Shown: positions 25,601 through 37,164, counted from the stretch's first letter. The stretch: 64,000 nt of DNA from Eledone cirrhosa (GCA_964016885.1 OZ024756.1:18166001-18230000); one strand, 5' to 3'. Notes: generated by a model from the sequence alone, not told the origin. A program made the numbers and translations.

Positions 25601-26639
25601 CCGTACATTTTCACAGTCTTCCCACCTGCGTTACCATCTTCGCACACACACGGGTGAACGACCGTACCATTGCGATTACTGTGATAAAGCATTTTTCACG
25701 TCTTCTGATCGAAATCGACACACTCGAGTGCACACAGGGGAGAAGCCATATGGATGTGGTTTATGCCAGCGTACCTTTTCGCAGAAGTCTAATTTGATGG
25801 GACACCTTAAGACACATAACCGCCATGGTACAGCGCCAGTTTCTTACACATTTTCTAAAGGACAAAGATTTCTAAATGGAACACATCCATCAAGTCTTAA
25901 GGCTCAGCTTAAGAAGTCTTCTGAAAGAGACTCTTCTATTTCTAATATTCATTCCTCGTCTTCTTCCTCTTCCTCTTCCTCCTCCTCCTCCTCCTCTCCA
26001 TCATTGTCTTCTTCCATTTCTTATAGTTCCATTAGAAGAACAGAGAAAGTCTTTCAAGATTCTTCCAAATCCAGTTGGAATGTTCAGTTCAAAACAGGAT
26101 CTGTTTTAAGGCCAATCCTACAGTTCAACGCCAAAGAGTTAAACCACAACCAAGAAAGAAACTCCTCTCACAAGACTCAAGAATCCAATCCAGGCGCTGC
26201 TTCTTCCACTGAAGATGCGACGCCACTTACAAATTCCTTTGTGTTGGTCGGTGATAAACAGAGCAAAAGTGGATTTCCATGCTCGTTATGTTCTCGTACA
26301 TTTCTCCTGCAGAAACAGTTGTCTTCTCACATGCGCTACCACAATGGTGCACGTCGCTATCCCTGTTCTATCTGTGCCAAATCATTCCTTAAGATGTCCG
26401 ATCTGCGTCGACATTTGCGCGTTCATTCAGGTGAGAAGCCGTTTGCCTGCAAATGGTGTCCTCGTAAGTTTTCTCAGTCATCGAACCTCACTGCTCACAT
26501 GCGCACTCACTCAGGTGAGAAACCTTTCCAATGTGGACTCTGCAATAAGAAATTTTCACAGTCATCCTCGTTAAAAATGCATACAAAGATGCATCAACCT
26601 GTCTGCATTCCTGCTCGGTGCCGGTTTAGTCCAGTTTAG
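19602..26639 (+). CDS. Large multi-cluster C2H2 zinc-finger protein (~33-35 fingers), single ~7-kb coding exon
   Basis: Uninterrupted 2323-aa ORF from ATG 19668, with many C-x2-C-x12-H-x3-H fingers and TGEKP/TGERP linkers. The frame is open upstream to 19602 and encodes the first half of a degenerate finger (YQCWSCDKDCST-MSDISRLSRIH). AATAAA follows at ~26859. Confidence 0.95.
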   Translation, partial: THPSTLGGNLYQCWSCDKDCSTMSDISRLSRIHTGERPFSCKWCSRRFTRKNNLVSHMRTHAAENEESSTGHSSSATKEYSCQKCKKAYGSAELLSSHKMSQHGDNSKRGHHECSICGKVFVSGVMLTIHVRMHTGERPYGCIFCEKRFATSSDLNRHTRIHTGEKPFQCRFCGKRFTQNSNLKVHLRTHTKVYPHHCSQCSIGFTTRAALSQHIRVHHNDNNTTTTTTTSPTTTNNNNSTSSSNNSDTANKNNNNNTSKSPNSDTINNNNSTTDRNDTQGLLNIVSKQVEASKREDKVIPLDFFPSNVNNWDKQLLSSLMPGINSSSLPAVAKETTATAESFSMEGQNPLMCSLCSRQFLEVSNLVQHLKVEHDLCDSNMDVGPLPLVVTKDSDEGDRKSLLQDLAPDNQFTVKTMLLDFNDKVVAVEPAVQPLSVDAASYFNKEGSCSNNASSSSSDGTVALADNLQSLLYKSSKPAEGEEAEYPKEVAVSGTKSNGRILKNIINQTLKETESNIKVELDLESSHKSEETANEADLTGEDGMLLLTSANSADSSSYSGIEPVSILGKEIDVNSGRDSSTRVHEIPTCLVTSEGILEDWETSSRDIGSTNCNTLPIYVSDDSSEQSSGCSSLIPNSFAVSALNIPSSSPCISEDIQCQIPDVQTLTNLEGFAFNRDSNNITNSSESSYICEEFVDINTLSCNYSERSDKKLKIEPEITCIDLSAPLQDKLQCKIRAAEETHLSSESLVSCNKVGASKGYSLTDPNKNEIQNVVSLALSSANIVHIRESDCTDDQITTVNNAEAIEDGRELKKSTTSEADDKLCSQENQYACMMCNKTFQQANHLTYHIRTHTGDRPYKCVYCGKAFAKPSDLNRHTRIHTGEKPFKCEFCAKRFTQNSNLVSHLRTHATSQRPYRCSYCNKSFSDFPLLSKHLACHTTKSYKCKLCLRTFSSIHLLSKHTAHAHNHLNVRSGITKQRRPHICNTCGKEFLTSSDLKRHTRIHTGEKPFACDYCGKKFNQSSNLISHVKTHSGVKPYKCEFCPREFFSTAMLYRHRRLHTGEKPNKCDICQMCFSRANFLKYHMATHREAEISSESAVEIHDKKTVKPLETTAGYLPSSPQPQSHVEEDPNEIVEGNDTLDEREVLTNSSYDEIKDNSFNATPSNNAEPSETGTLDLGTYVSNDGNMYLTSLPTSTVESENPADPKKFVGLTSTLPTQLQCSGFQCPFCIKSFDHSSHLINHIMSHNEQKHYCCKVCSKSFFTAPALRQHSRKHSRRKPFRCGYCSCRFSLNVFLLLHLKKHTSISEYVCNVCCWVTTSLVQVRHHKKLYTGRQHTFSVKHSAESGVSDVENQHTTHSPNNNNNNNNNNFTSSLSKKFYHRENMVDDPGNKLFQCSVCLERFNNPSSLSQHVVVHKKSDICKQENTVQPITLLQVRSGHWQLNKGGRKFQGNSSAYVISSSQLDGNSVQQEKKNGANGTHSKEADSFNSSKSERLISNTSHNCRSNVKPREVTIAGHSWSTGDSVFTEESSAYKGCKENTQSVAYNATKPKANITSNQVKCLQRQVNFQNASKEKDSTISEDAGDRSGNEPNTVISQSKTPSNQDGKTRPKYPINSPSSLENNRKQHQCEICGRTFVQACHLTYHIRTHTGERPYGCRHCGKAFFTSSDLKRHTRVHTGEKPFKCNHCRKRFTQRSNLLIHTRSHTGDRPYRCRLCPKKFSTSSMLARHQQTHNTTTDHSEFNFCCPACRQKFPNYFSLTNHLKTAHPSLVKKPPEYKKRKKRSTSPVCEKSDPSWLPVKSGTIPVPDESSDITTYLSATLSCALCERSFPDSIQLSKHQCSQHSLQEDNLNWATTIKAFDSTASVSVSQIDSSSKIPSRSVFTSNESFYKNKGHDIALGPMKVNTGNVGLLEEQPADLQSTETSKETNNLLSDKELENVTMEEKECDLVEKKSNLVLVENLLPATKTNEKGHSTSSQSTVAGHKKFSEEKSPNQCEICFRTFSQSSHLRYHLRTHTGERPYHCDYCDKAFFTSSDRNRHTRVHTGEKPYGCGLCQRTFSQKSNLMGHLKTHNRHGTAPVSYTFSKGQRFLNGTHPSSLKAQLKKSSERDSSISNIHSSSSSSSSSSSSSSSPSLSSSISYSSIRRTEKVFQDSSKSSWNVQFKTGSVLRPILQFNAKELNHNQERNSSHKTQESNPGAASSTEDATPLTNSFVLVGDKQSKSGFPCSLCSRTFLLQKQLSSHMRYHNGARRYPCSICAKSFLKMSDLRRHLRVHSGEKPFACKWCPRKFSQSSNLTAHMRTHSGEKPFQCGLCNKKFSQSSSLKMHTKMHQPVCIPARCRFSPV

Positions 26640-27519
26640 TCCATTTTAACAATTTTGTTTGATTGTTCGTTTGTTTGTTTGTTTGTTTTTGTTTTTGTTA
26701 GTTTTTCTTTTGAAATCAATTATGCCAAAAATCTATTTATAGGTCAGCATTTGTTGATTCAGTGACCTCCACTTGCCAAGAAACTGAGAGATCTGAAGAA
26801 AAAAAACACAAAAAAAAACCTACACCAAATTAAAAAAAAAAAATATTAATCAATATAAAAATAAATAAATAACTACAAAAAAAAATAGATGAACCAAAAG
26901 GTGTTTGATGAAAAAGACACCTGCTCTGTAAAATACCAAAAAAAACTTACCTGTGAATATGTATAGAGTTATTGTTAATGAAAGGTTTAGCAAGACAGAA
27001 CTATGCACAGTTTAGTAACCCACACTGCATGTATGTAGAGATACATACACATCATATGTACATATATACATATATCAACACATATACATATATATATATA
27101 CCAACACATACACCAATACATACACATAACAACACATATTTATATAGACATACATTTCTCTCTCTCTCTCTCACGTGTGTGTATGTATATATATATGTGT
27201 GTGTATACTATATATATATGAACTGAAAACCCCTATATATATATATATAGGGGTTTTCAGTTCAGTGACAAATTCTTCATTTCACTTTTAGATAGAAATC
27301 ATCAGGAACTGGTTTTTATCCTAAAATTATATGCTTGTAATATGGTTTTAAGATAAATGCTAACTCCTAATGATCTCTACATTAGAATGAAATTAGGAAT
27401 TCGTTGTTGAGCTAAAAACCAAAATTAAAAATATATTCGCTACAGATAACCGTTTCCTTTTGTGTTTTCCACTAAGACAATACAAAATATACACACATAT
27501 TTGTATGTGTATGTGTATT

Positions 27520-28310
27520 CTCAGAAGACTGATTAACTCCTCTAAGAGTGAGATAGGTAGAATTAGTAAGTATATTCTTGATGGCATCAATTCTGAAATC
27601 AGAAGGCTGACTGGCTTAGTCTAATGCAACTCTAGAAATGCTTTCACCAACTAGTTTCACAGCATTGAGAGTAAAGCCATTTCTAGATTCACCCAGTTTG
27701 ATATGGTAGATTTTTACCCTTCTATATCAAAAGCCCTCCTACTGAAAGCTAAACTAGGATCAATGGACCTTGATATCTGAATAATTCTGGATGTCAAGAA
27801 GTTACTGTTCTTTGTTTACTTTCTGCATAAAAAAAGAAAAAGGGACTTATTGTTCAATGTTTCAATAAGATCCTATAATTGTTTCTACTTTAGGCACAAG
27901 GCCAGCAATTACCCAGTGCATTACTGGTACTTTATTTTATCGACCCCGTAAGGATAATGGGACTTAGTCAGTTTATTTATTTATTCTAAACACACAAAAA
28001 CTGAATGCATCCTCATAGCTCAGCCCTGTATAGAGACAATGGCGTGGTAATCTCAAGCCTTATGAATGACCATGCCATGGACAAGTTCAGAAAATATCTA
28101 ATAAGTATCTTCAAAGAGATCACTTTAACATCATGATTACTGCTAACTTAACCCTTTAGCATTTTCTGGACCTCGAAACAGATAAGCACTAGCACTATAG
28201 AATACCTAAAGAGAAAACTATGTTGTACATGCCTGGAAACTGTATAGTTCAAAACCTAGTGAAGGAAATTGACAGAAGAATTTCTAGCTTATCATCCAAC
28301 AGATACATGC
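27520..28310 (+). mobile_element. Decayed Penelope-like retroelement reverse transcriptase fragment
   Basis: Manual translation gives RLINSSKSEIGRISKYILDGINSEIR (~27527), FTQFDMVDFYPSISKALLLKA (~27688) and LYRDNGVV (~28027, RDDG-type catalytic motif), with many stops and frameshifts. Confidence 0.7.
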
Positions 28311-28404
28311 ACACACTCACACATTCAAACACACACACGGGTACATATATTAAAAGAAAGCTCATCCACCACCATCATGAAATGTAAGCAATGTTATTTA
28401 AATG

Positions 28405-28470
<66 letters not shown>

Positions 28471-29083
28471 TATTGTATCATGATACATTGTGGACTAAGA
28501 TCCCTATTGAAATTTCTCCAGTACAAAAGATTTTTCTGTTGTCAGAATTTTAATTTTATTTAACTGGGTACTGGTATTTATATTGCGTGGCTAGTTGTTG
28601 GGTATAATTGTATAAGGACTATATATAACTGTTGACCGACAAGATTGCAGACCTCATTCACTTAATGAATGGGGTGGAGCTCGTAAAATCGGGCTGAGGA
28701 AGCAATATTTCCATTGGTCTTTCTAATTGCTAATACTATCTACCGGCTGCAATCCAGATAGAAGGAACAACGTGAAATAAAGTGTCTTCCTTAAGGACAT
28801 AACACATCACCCGGTCCAGGAATTGAAGTCACAACCTCATGATTGTGAATCCAATTCTCTAACCACTCAGCCACACACTGTGTGGTCTAAGATACCCATT
28901 GAAAGGTGTCTGGTATACAGGGTTTTCTGTTGATAGGATTAAGTATTTAGTACACAAAGAATATAAGGTATTAATATATTTGTTAGCCACAGCACAAGAG
29001 AAACCAAATATTGCGAATGATAGTGACTTAATAAAGTTCATCCTCTTTCTACTTCTATAGTGGGTATAGTAGTTTGATTTTAA

Positions 29084-29300
29084 CCCTTTAGCATTTACAT
29101 TACTCTATATATACTATTGTATTTTCATGGTAAACATTTTATTTCACATATCTCACATTATAGCGAAACTACAAGATTTTGATATTATTTATTTTGAGAA
29201 CAATACCCTAACATAAGTATGAGCAGCCGGTTACGGCTGGTTTGAACAGAAAGAGGAAAGAGAATTCTGGCTGGATATGGCTGGTTTAAATGCTAAAGGG
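29084..29300. mobile_element. 217-bp piggyBac-type MITE
   Basis: TTAA duplication at 29080-83 and 29301-04; 14-bp TIR CCCTTTAGCATTTA / TAAATGCTAAAGGG. Confidence 0.85.
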
Positions 29301-29504
29301 TTAATTGTATTTTCTTTGGTATATTTTTTGTTAGTTAACATTTAGTTTTTAGGCAGGGTTGTGTAAGGAAACATGATATATATATATACACACACACATA
29401 GATATATATATATATATACACACACATACACATATATACCCACACACACACGGATATACATACATACTCATATATATATACCCACACACATATATATATA
29501 TACC

Positions 29505-29544
<40 letters not shown>

Positions 29545-30319
29545 TATATAAACCTAAAAAAACACACACACACACACACACCCCAAACACACATTTACAA
29601 CCTCAACGTTCCTAACCCCCCTATAATCTAAACTCCATCAAACCATTATTATTATTATCATCATCATTATAGATGGCGTCCAGTTCAAACTTTATAATGT
29701 AAGAATCAAGATATTCACTTTTTAGACTTCCTTGTTGTTGGTGGTGTTGTGGGCTTGTAATAAGTAGTTTCACTAGGAAATAGTCCTCAACTTACCAAGA
29801 TGAAGGACAGCAACCATTATGATGAAGAGGGGGGGTCAGGAAGGGTTTTGTTTTTGTGAATAGTTTTTTTTTTATTTTATTATTGTCAAATTGTAAAAAG
29901 ATCATCTCTATAGAAATTTCTGTATTTTGTCACCACACGTAAAGAGAGTAGTAGTTTGACTGCCTCATACTACTCCTCTCTCTTTACATCTGCTGCCTGC
30001 GTGAATGTATGTGTGTGTGTGTGTGTAAAAAGGAAGGCAGGGGTGTGTGTGTGTGTGTGAAAAAAAACTATATAGCAAAATAGCGGCTGGCGTTCCATTT
30101 GTTACGCTGTGTTTGTGTGAATGTATGCGTGTGTTTGTCTGAGTGTGTATTTTTGTAAGCGTGTCTGTGTTTGCATGTTTATATTTATATACTCACACAT
30201 ATAAATGTATGCATATGCACATACACACACGCACACACATATACATATTCCCGACAGCATGTTTATATTTATATACTTACACATATAAATGTATGCTTAT
30301 GCGTTAACATGTTGACACA

Positions 30320-30965
30320 AGGCCTGTAATATGGGAAAGGTGTGTGAGTGAGGGGGGGGGGGGGGGGGTTATTAAATCAACCCCAGTATTTGACTGGTAT
30401 TTTATTTTATCAACCACGGCAGGACTTCATCAGTGTTTTTCATCCTTTTGAGGTCGATAAATATATTGATTTCTAATTAAGGCACAAGGCCAACAATTTA
30501 GGGGTGTGGTGTGGTGTGGTGGGGTGAGGTGTGAAAAATTCAATTAAATCGACACTAGTACTTGACTGGTAATTTATTTTATCGACCGCGGAAGGATGAA
30601 AGGCAAAGCTGACTTTGGTGGGATTTGAACTCAGAACGTAAAGGGCCGTAACTAAAATACTACAAAAGCATTTTGTCCGACACTTTAACGATTCTGCCAA
30701 TCCACCACCCTTGGGTGTGGGGTGGGGTGGGGGTCGATTAAATTGGCCCCAATGTGTTACTGGTACAATAATAATAATAATAATAATAATAATAGTTTCT
30801 AATTTTGGCATAAAGCTTGTAATATGGGGGTGGGGTGGAATTTGATTAAATCAACACCAGTATTTTACTGGTATTTAAATGTATCAACTTCAGAAGAATG
30901 AAAGGCAAAGTTGACCTCGGCAGGATCTAAACTTTGTTCTTCACCTTTCCATGATCGATAAAATA
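30320..30965 (-). mobile_element. Cluster of SINE family A copies and fragments
   Basis: Repeated GGCACAAGGCC..ACTGGTA..TTTATCGACC..GGATGAAAGGCAAAG cores separated by (TAA)n. Confidence 0.65.
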
Positions 30966-30990
30966 ATAATAATAATAATAATAATAATAA

Positions 30991-31340
30991 TTTTTTGTCC
31001 GCAGAAGCCTATATATAGGGAACAATACAAAAGAACAAGGACAGTAGGGGTTTACAATAAAATCAAGTAAAAACAAATTAATAAAAATTCCCCAATAGGT
31101 GGGGGAGAATCACCCAGGGGGCGACTTAGGTGCCCCACAAACCCTGAACCGCCCAATGCTTTAAGTGCACCCAGGAAGAGCATCCCTCTCCTCCTCAGAT
31201 CAACCAGCCTACAGATGCTTGCTCAGAGTAGGCCCATTCACACGAGCCATTCTCGCCACATTCACCCAACTTTTAGCAAATGTTCTGGGGAGGATGAGCA
31301 GCACTTCTCTCTCCACCCTCGCCTCTCTTTCCAAATAGTG
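30991..31340 (-). mobile_element. Possible L1/Tx1-type LINE 3' end
   Basis: Minus strand reads ..REARVEREVL..FAKSWVNVARMARVNGPTLSKHL*, then a T-rich 3' UTR and short A tail. The family assignment is from recollection only. Confidence 0.35.
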
Positions 31341-31480
31341 GTTTCTACTTTAGGCACAAGGCCAGCAATTTGAAGGGGGAGAGGGATGAAAGTCAATTAA
31401 ATTGATCCCAGTGCTTAAATAGTAATAATAATCAACTAATATAATAGACTTGTGTATTTGTCCATCGCTCACTAGAGATA

Positions 31481-32845
31481 ACTGAGGAAGGAAGGGGTGA
31501 TTGCATGTCGACTGAGGGAGGAAGGAAGGGGTGATTGCATGTCGACTGAGGAAGGAAGGGGTGATTGCATGTCGACTGAGGGAGGAAGGAAGGGGTGATT
31601 GCATGTCGACTGAGGAAGGAAGGGGTGATTGTGTTGACTGAGGAAGGAAGGGGTGATTGCATGTCAACTGAGGAAGGAAGGGGTGATTGTGTTGACTGAG
31701 GAAGGAAGGGGTGATTGCATGTCAACTGAGGAAGGAAGGGGTGATTGCATGTCAACTGAGGAAGGAAGGGGTGATTGCATGTCAACTGAGGAAGGAAGGG
31801 GTGATTGCATGTCGACTGAGGAAGGAAGGGGTGATTGCATGTCAACTGAGGAAGGAAGGGGTGATTGCATGTCAACTGAGGAAGGAAGGGGTGATTGCAT
31901 GTCAACTGAGGAAGGAAGGGGTGATTGCATGTCAACTGAGGAAGGAAGGGGTGATTGCATGTCAACTGAGGAAGGAAGGGGTGATTGCATGTCAACTGAG
32001 GAAGGAAGGGATGATTGCATGTCGACTGAGGAAGGAAGGGGTGATTGCATGTCGACTGAGGAAGGAAGAGGTGGTTGCATGTCGACTGAGGAAGGAAGGG
32101 GTGATTGCATGTCGACTGAGGAAGGAAGGGGTGATTGCATGTCGACTGAGGAAGGAAGGGGTGATTGGTTGACTGAGGAAGGAAGGGGTGATTGCATGTC
32201 GACTGAGGAAGGAAGGGGTGATTGCATGTCAACTGAGGAAGGAAGGGGTGATTGCATGTCAACTGAGGAAGGAAGGGGTGATTGTGTTGACTGAGGAAGG
32301 AAGGGGTGATTGCATGTCGACTGAGGAAGGAAGGGGTGATTGCATGTCAACTGAGGAAGGAAGGGGTGATTGCATGTCAACTGAGGAAGGAAGGGGTGAT
32401 TGTGTTGACTGAGGAAGGAAGGGGTGATTGCATGTCGACTGAGGAAGGAAGGGGTGATTGCATGTCAACTGAGGAAGGAAGGGGTGATTGCATGTTGACT
32501 GAGGAAGGAAGGGGTGATTGCATGTCGACTGAGGAAGGAAGGGGTGATTGCATGTCAACTGAGGAAGGAAGGGGTGATTGTGTTGACTGAGGAAGGAAGG
32601 GGTGATTGCATGTCGACTGAGGAAGGAAGGGGTGATTGCATGTCAACTGAGAAAGGAAGAGGTGATTGCATGTCGACTGAGGAAGGAAGGGGTGATTGCA
32701 TGTCGACTGAGGAAGGAAGGGGTGATTGCATTGTCAACTGAGGAAGGAAGGGGTGATTGCATGTCAACTGAGGAAGGAAGGGGTGATTGCATGTCGACTG
32801 AGGAAGGAAGGGGTGATTGCATGTTGACTGAGGAAGGAAGGGGTG
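31481..32845. repeat. 30-bp purine-rich minisatellite ACTGAGGAAGGAAGGGGTGATTGCATGTC(A/G) (~46 copies, with 26-34 bp variants)
   Basis: Directly visible. Confidence 0.97.
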
Positions 32846-33479
32846 TCTAATACACACATCTATGTGATGACTGAGGAAGGTGGTGTGTGTGTGGGGGGGG
32901 GGGACTATAGAAGTCCAGCGCTCTAAGATTTGTCACAGCTGTGTGTTTGTATGTTTATATCACCTGTGTGAGTGAGTTCGAAGTAACCAACCAACAAGCA
33001 AACACCTCTTATTTATATTATGTATAGATATTACAATTAGTCCTGATTTTTGACCGCACAGAGCCAGCTAATAATAATTTCTAATTTTGGCACAAGGCCA
33101 AACTGTTTTGGAAGAAAAAAGGAAGTCAATTATATCGACACCAGTGTTTTACTGGTATTTTATTTTATCGACCTCGGAAGGATGAAAGACAAAATACAAT
33201 AATAATAATAATAATAACAAATACAACAAAAAAAAGGAAAGGAAAAAATGAAATTTAATATTATTGTAATGAGAAGTATTGTGTGTTTGTTGACTTTTTT
33301 GTTGTTTTAAAACAGTGGTGGAGGGGTGGGAGGTGGGATACCTTTGATTTTTTGTTTTTTTGTTTTTTTAAAACTCTTTGGGGGCCAGAAAACAACGCAT
33401 CCAGAAAACCGGGTTCTAATTCTCACTACACTTGTTACACTTTCACATGTTCTCTCTATCTCACTATCTTCTTGACCCA

Positions 33480-34445
33480 TTCCCACCACCTCCCTCTCTC
33501 TACCCTCTCATCCCGCCCCCTCTCTCTCTCTTCCCACCCCTCTCTCTCACTTCCCACCTCCCCTCTCTCTCTCTTCCCACCTCCCATCTCTTTTCTCACC
33601 TCCCTCTCATCCCCACCCCTCTCTTTTCTCACCTCCCTCTCTCTCTCTTCCCATCTCACCCCCTCTCTCTCTTCCCACTCCCTCTCTCTTCCCCCCCTCT
33701 CTCATCTTCACATCTCATCCCACCACCTCTCTCTCTCTCTCTCATACACTCTTTCTCTCTCTCCCGTCCTACTTCCTCTTTCTCTCTATCCCACTTCACT
33801 CTCTCTTTCACGTCCCATCCTGTTCAACTGTCTCTTACTCTCTCTCTTCTTCTTCCTTCACACTCCCTTTCCCCCCTCACTCACTCACTCTCTCTCTCTC
33901 TCTTATTCTTTCTACCTTATTCCACTCCCACTGCTCCTCCTTAGCATTACCTATATTTCTACCATTACCTGTAATTATTCCACAGGTATCCAGTTTACAG
34001 TTGTAGTTTTAATGACTCTTCTCTCTTATGTTTTTCTAAGAGCTGTACTCATCAGAAACAACCTACTCCTCTATTGAACCATCAATCCATCCAATCATTT
34101 AGTCATCTACCTGTCAGTGCCAGTGCATTCACCTATTTGTCAACCTGTCTATCTATCTATCTATCTATCTATCCCCCTTTGTATTTGTCCCCTTCTTTTG
34201 TGCCCCTGTGGCTAATAAAGAAATATATCTATCTATCTTTCCATCCATCCACCTATCTTTCCATCCATCTATCTATCTATCTATCTATCTCTCTATCTTT
34301 AATGTTAAAGTTATATTATTTGCATGTAAACCCCCCCCCCCCCCCGCTGTCACATCTTGTAATGTCCCATTTTTTTGTACGCCCTTGTGGCTAATAAAGA
34401 AAGATATCTATCTATCTATCTATCCATCTATCTTTCCATCCATCC

Positions 34446-34476
<31 letters not shown>

Positions 34477-34901
34477 CATCTATCTTTCCATCCAGCCATC
34501 CATCTATCTATCTATCTATCTTTCTATAGTATTTGTCCCCTTCTTTTGTGCCCCTGTGGCTAATAAAGAAACATATCTATCTATCTATAGATGTATTTAT
34601 ATATTTATCCTCTTTCTCCATCCATTTATCTATCTATATGTCCATCTATTTATCTCTCCACCTGTCTGTCTTTCTATCTATCCACCTATGTGTTTACCTA
34701 TCTATCTCTGTTCATCTATATCTATTGATCAGTCCAGCTAGCTGTCTGTCTGTCTATCTATCTATCTGTCTGTCTCTCTGTCTGTCTGTAGATGTATATA
34801 TTTATTCTCTTTGTCTATCAATGTATCTCTCTTTCTGTCCATCTATCTATTTATTCATCCCGTTCTGTCTGTGAGCCTACATATTTATCATAATCACCCT
34901 A

Positions 34902-34934
<33 letters not shown>

Positions 34935-34935
34935 T
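33480..34935. repeat. Polypyrimidine (CT) tract and (CTAT)n microsatellites with three ~180-bp spaced GCCCC/TTGTGGCTAATAAAGAAA units
   Basis: Directly visible; the GCCCC.TGTGGC(T/C)AATAAA motif also occurs at ~2987 and ~8091. Confidence 0.75.
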
Positions 34936-35026
34936 CATGTTCAAACCATATACATCCCATTCTTTATTCACTTACACTCTCAACACATACCTAGATATAC
35001 AAACACTCTACATGTATATCTACTTT

Positions 35027-35057
<31 letters not shown>

Positions 35058-35096
35058 TATACACATATAGATGTATTAGAAATATGTACTTTTCAG

Positions 35097-35146
<50 letters not shown>

Positions 35147-35403
35147 TATGCAAAGGTGTGTACTCTACAGAATATGTACTGGATTTAATTCTACTTGTAT
35201 ACCAAGCTGCAATCAGTTATGCATTCAACTCAATGTGTATATATTTATATAAAACTGTATCAATATATACCAATGGTTTCCACTATTTTCTTTCTCTCTC
35301 TGTTTGTATTTGTGAGATGAGTGAAGGCAAGTTCTTTTGTTTTTTAATCTCTGTTTTCATGTGTCGTATTACTAAATGTTTCAAGGATACTAGCAGACAT
35401 GTA

Positions 35404-35747
35404 TCATCATCATCTTCATTTCATTTTATGTCCGCTTTTTCCCTGCTTGCAAGGGTGGGACGGGAACTGATTCTGGCTGGATTTCTACAGCTGGATGCCC
35501 TTCCTAACACCAACCTCATTTACAGTGAGTGCTGGGTGCTTTTTGGCCGTGGCACCTCCACGACCACTTTGCAGTGGAATGATATGGACCCCAGTCCCTA
35601 TCATCTCATTTCTACAGCTGAGTAAACTGGAGCAATGTGAAATAAAGTGTCCTGCTCAAGGAAACAACACTTCACTCGGTCTGAGAATTGAACTCACAAC
35701 CTCTCGATTGCAAGGCCAATGCTCTAACCACTAAGCCATATGCCTCC
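35404..35747 (-). mobile_element. Composite SINE: family B tRNA head fused to the RTE 3' end
   Basis: Near-identical to 49351-49685 and 57820-58158. Confidence 0.8.
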
Positions 35748-35797
35748 ATAGCTATCCGTATATATATATATATATCCGTATATATATATATATATCC

Positions 35798-35830
<33 letters not shown>

Positions 35831-35833
<3 letters not shown>

Positions 35834-36693
35834 GGTGCGGACGATATCTGTTCGCAAGATTACTGTCTAGGAAAAATAACACAGTAGTTTTATTTTTTAA
35901 GATTTATTTATCAAACTTGGGTCAGTTTGTCTTCATGACTTGTTCTTTCGATCTCACTTGATAAACCCGCCATTGGCTTTGATGATGGCCTCAAGGCGGC
36001 CTCGGAACAGACTACAGGCCTTCGTCACTGTCCCCCGACTTAGGCCCCTAAAGGCACTTGTGATCCTGGCCTTCAGATCGTCTTTCGTATTGCAGCTAGA
36101 TCTGATGGTGTCTCGTTCCACTGCGCCCCACACAAAGAAGTCGAGGGGGTTGCAGTCAGGCGAGCTGGGAGGCCAGATGTCAGGTGAAGTGTGGTCGCCG
36201 AAGTTCTCTGACAGCCAGGCTTGGGTCTTTCAGCTGGTATGGCAGGGCGCTGAGTCTTGCTGCCACACGTACGGCCTACCTGGTCGATCCAGGGCTTTAC
36301 TACTTCGCTCAGAACAAGGATGTAGCCATCGGTGTTCAGCTTGAGGCCCACAGAGAAGAAGTGAGGTGGCATGACGACACCTAAGACCAATGTTGTCGCT
36401 GGAAACTTTGTCTGCATGACTCTGGGCACGTCTTTGGATGAGACAGCGAGCCACCTGTTGTTCTGGGAGTTGATCTTCTGGTCTTATTTGTCCTACCGGT
36501 GTGGATTCCAAGAAGAACTCCGTGTCTCTTCCACAAATTTTGGGGTTCAAAATTATTCATAATCAATTATTCTGAAAATTAATAATGGACATATAGTCAC
36601 TGTTTTTACGAAGACAAGAGTGACAACGGAAGTAAAAAAAATTTGCATAAAATTAGCAGTTGAAAATTGCGAACAAATATCGTCCGCACCCTG
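35831..36693 (-). mobile_element. Internally deleted Tc1/mariner (maT, DD37D) transposon
   Basis: 27-bp TIRs CAGGGTGCGGACGATAT(C/T)TGTTCGCAA with TA on both sides. Minus strand reads VWQQDSAPCHTS*...WPPSSPDCNPLDFFVWG, with 37 residues between the second and third D. Confidence 0.9.
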
Positions 36694-37164
36694 TATATGT
36701 ATATCATCATTTTGCGTCAATTTTTCCACGCTAACATAGGTTAGAGTTGTCCTGTTGTGGGCAATGCTATGTTTGAAAAGAAAGAAGTGAGAGAATTCTG
36801 GCTGGATACAGCCAGTTTAAATCAATGAGTCTGTCTCTGCCCAGTTGTTCGTACTTCTAGAAATAGCAGTTAACTACCTCAAATTTTACCCAAGGAATCT
36901 AAAAATTACACCACATACCTCTAACACATGACTGGTATCTTATTATACTTATACTATATTTATTTCTGAACAGTTCAAAAGTAAAGTTGACTGTGTTAGG
37001 ATTTTAACACAGAACATAAATGTCATTAACTAAATACTGTAAAGTAATTAATCTGATGTTCTAACGATGCTGCCAGTCCATCAGCTAATCCTGAATATAG
37101 AAAATTAGATTAGACGGTCATGGCTGGAATGTCATTGAGTATAGGTCTGATTCATTGTTTGACA

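Noticed and set aside
19668-26639. Assigning a named orthologue (e.g. ZNF236, Gfi1/senseless)
   Set aside because: Only short helix resemblances (KPSDLxRH, QSSNL); orthology cannot be established without a search.
31432-32857. Repetitive ORFs (TCNHPFLPQS, STEEGRGDCM)
   Set aside because: A by-product of a 30-bp unit; frames shift at every 28-bp variant.
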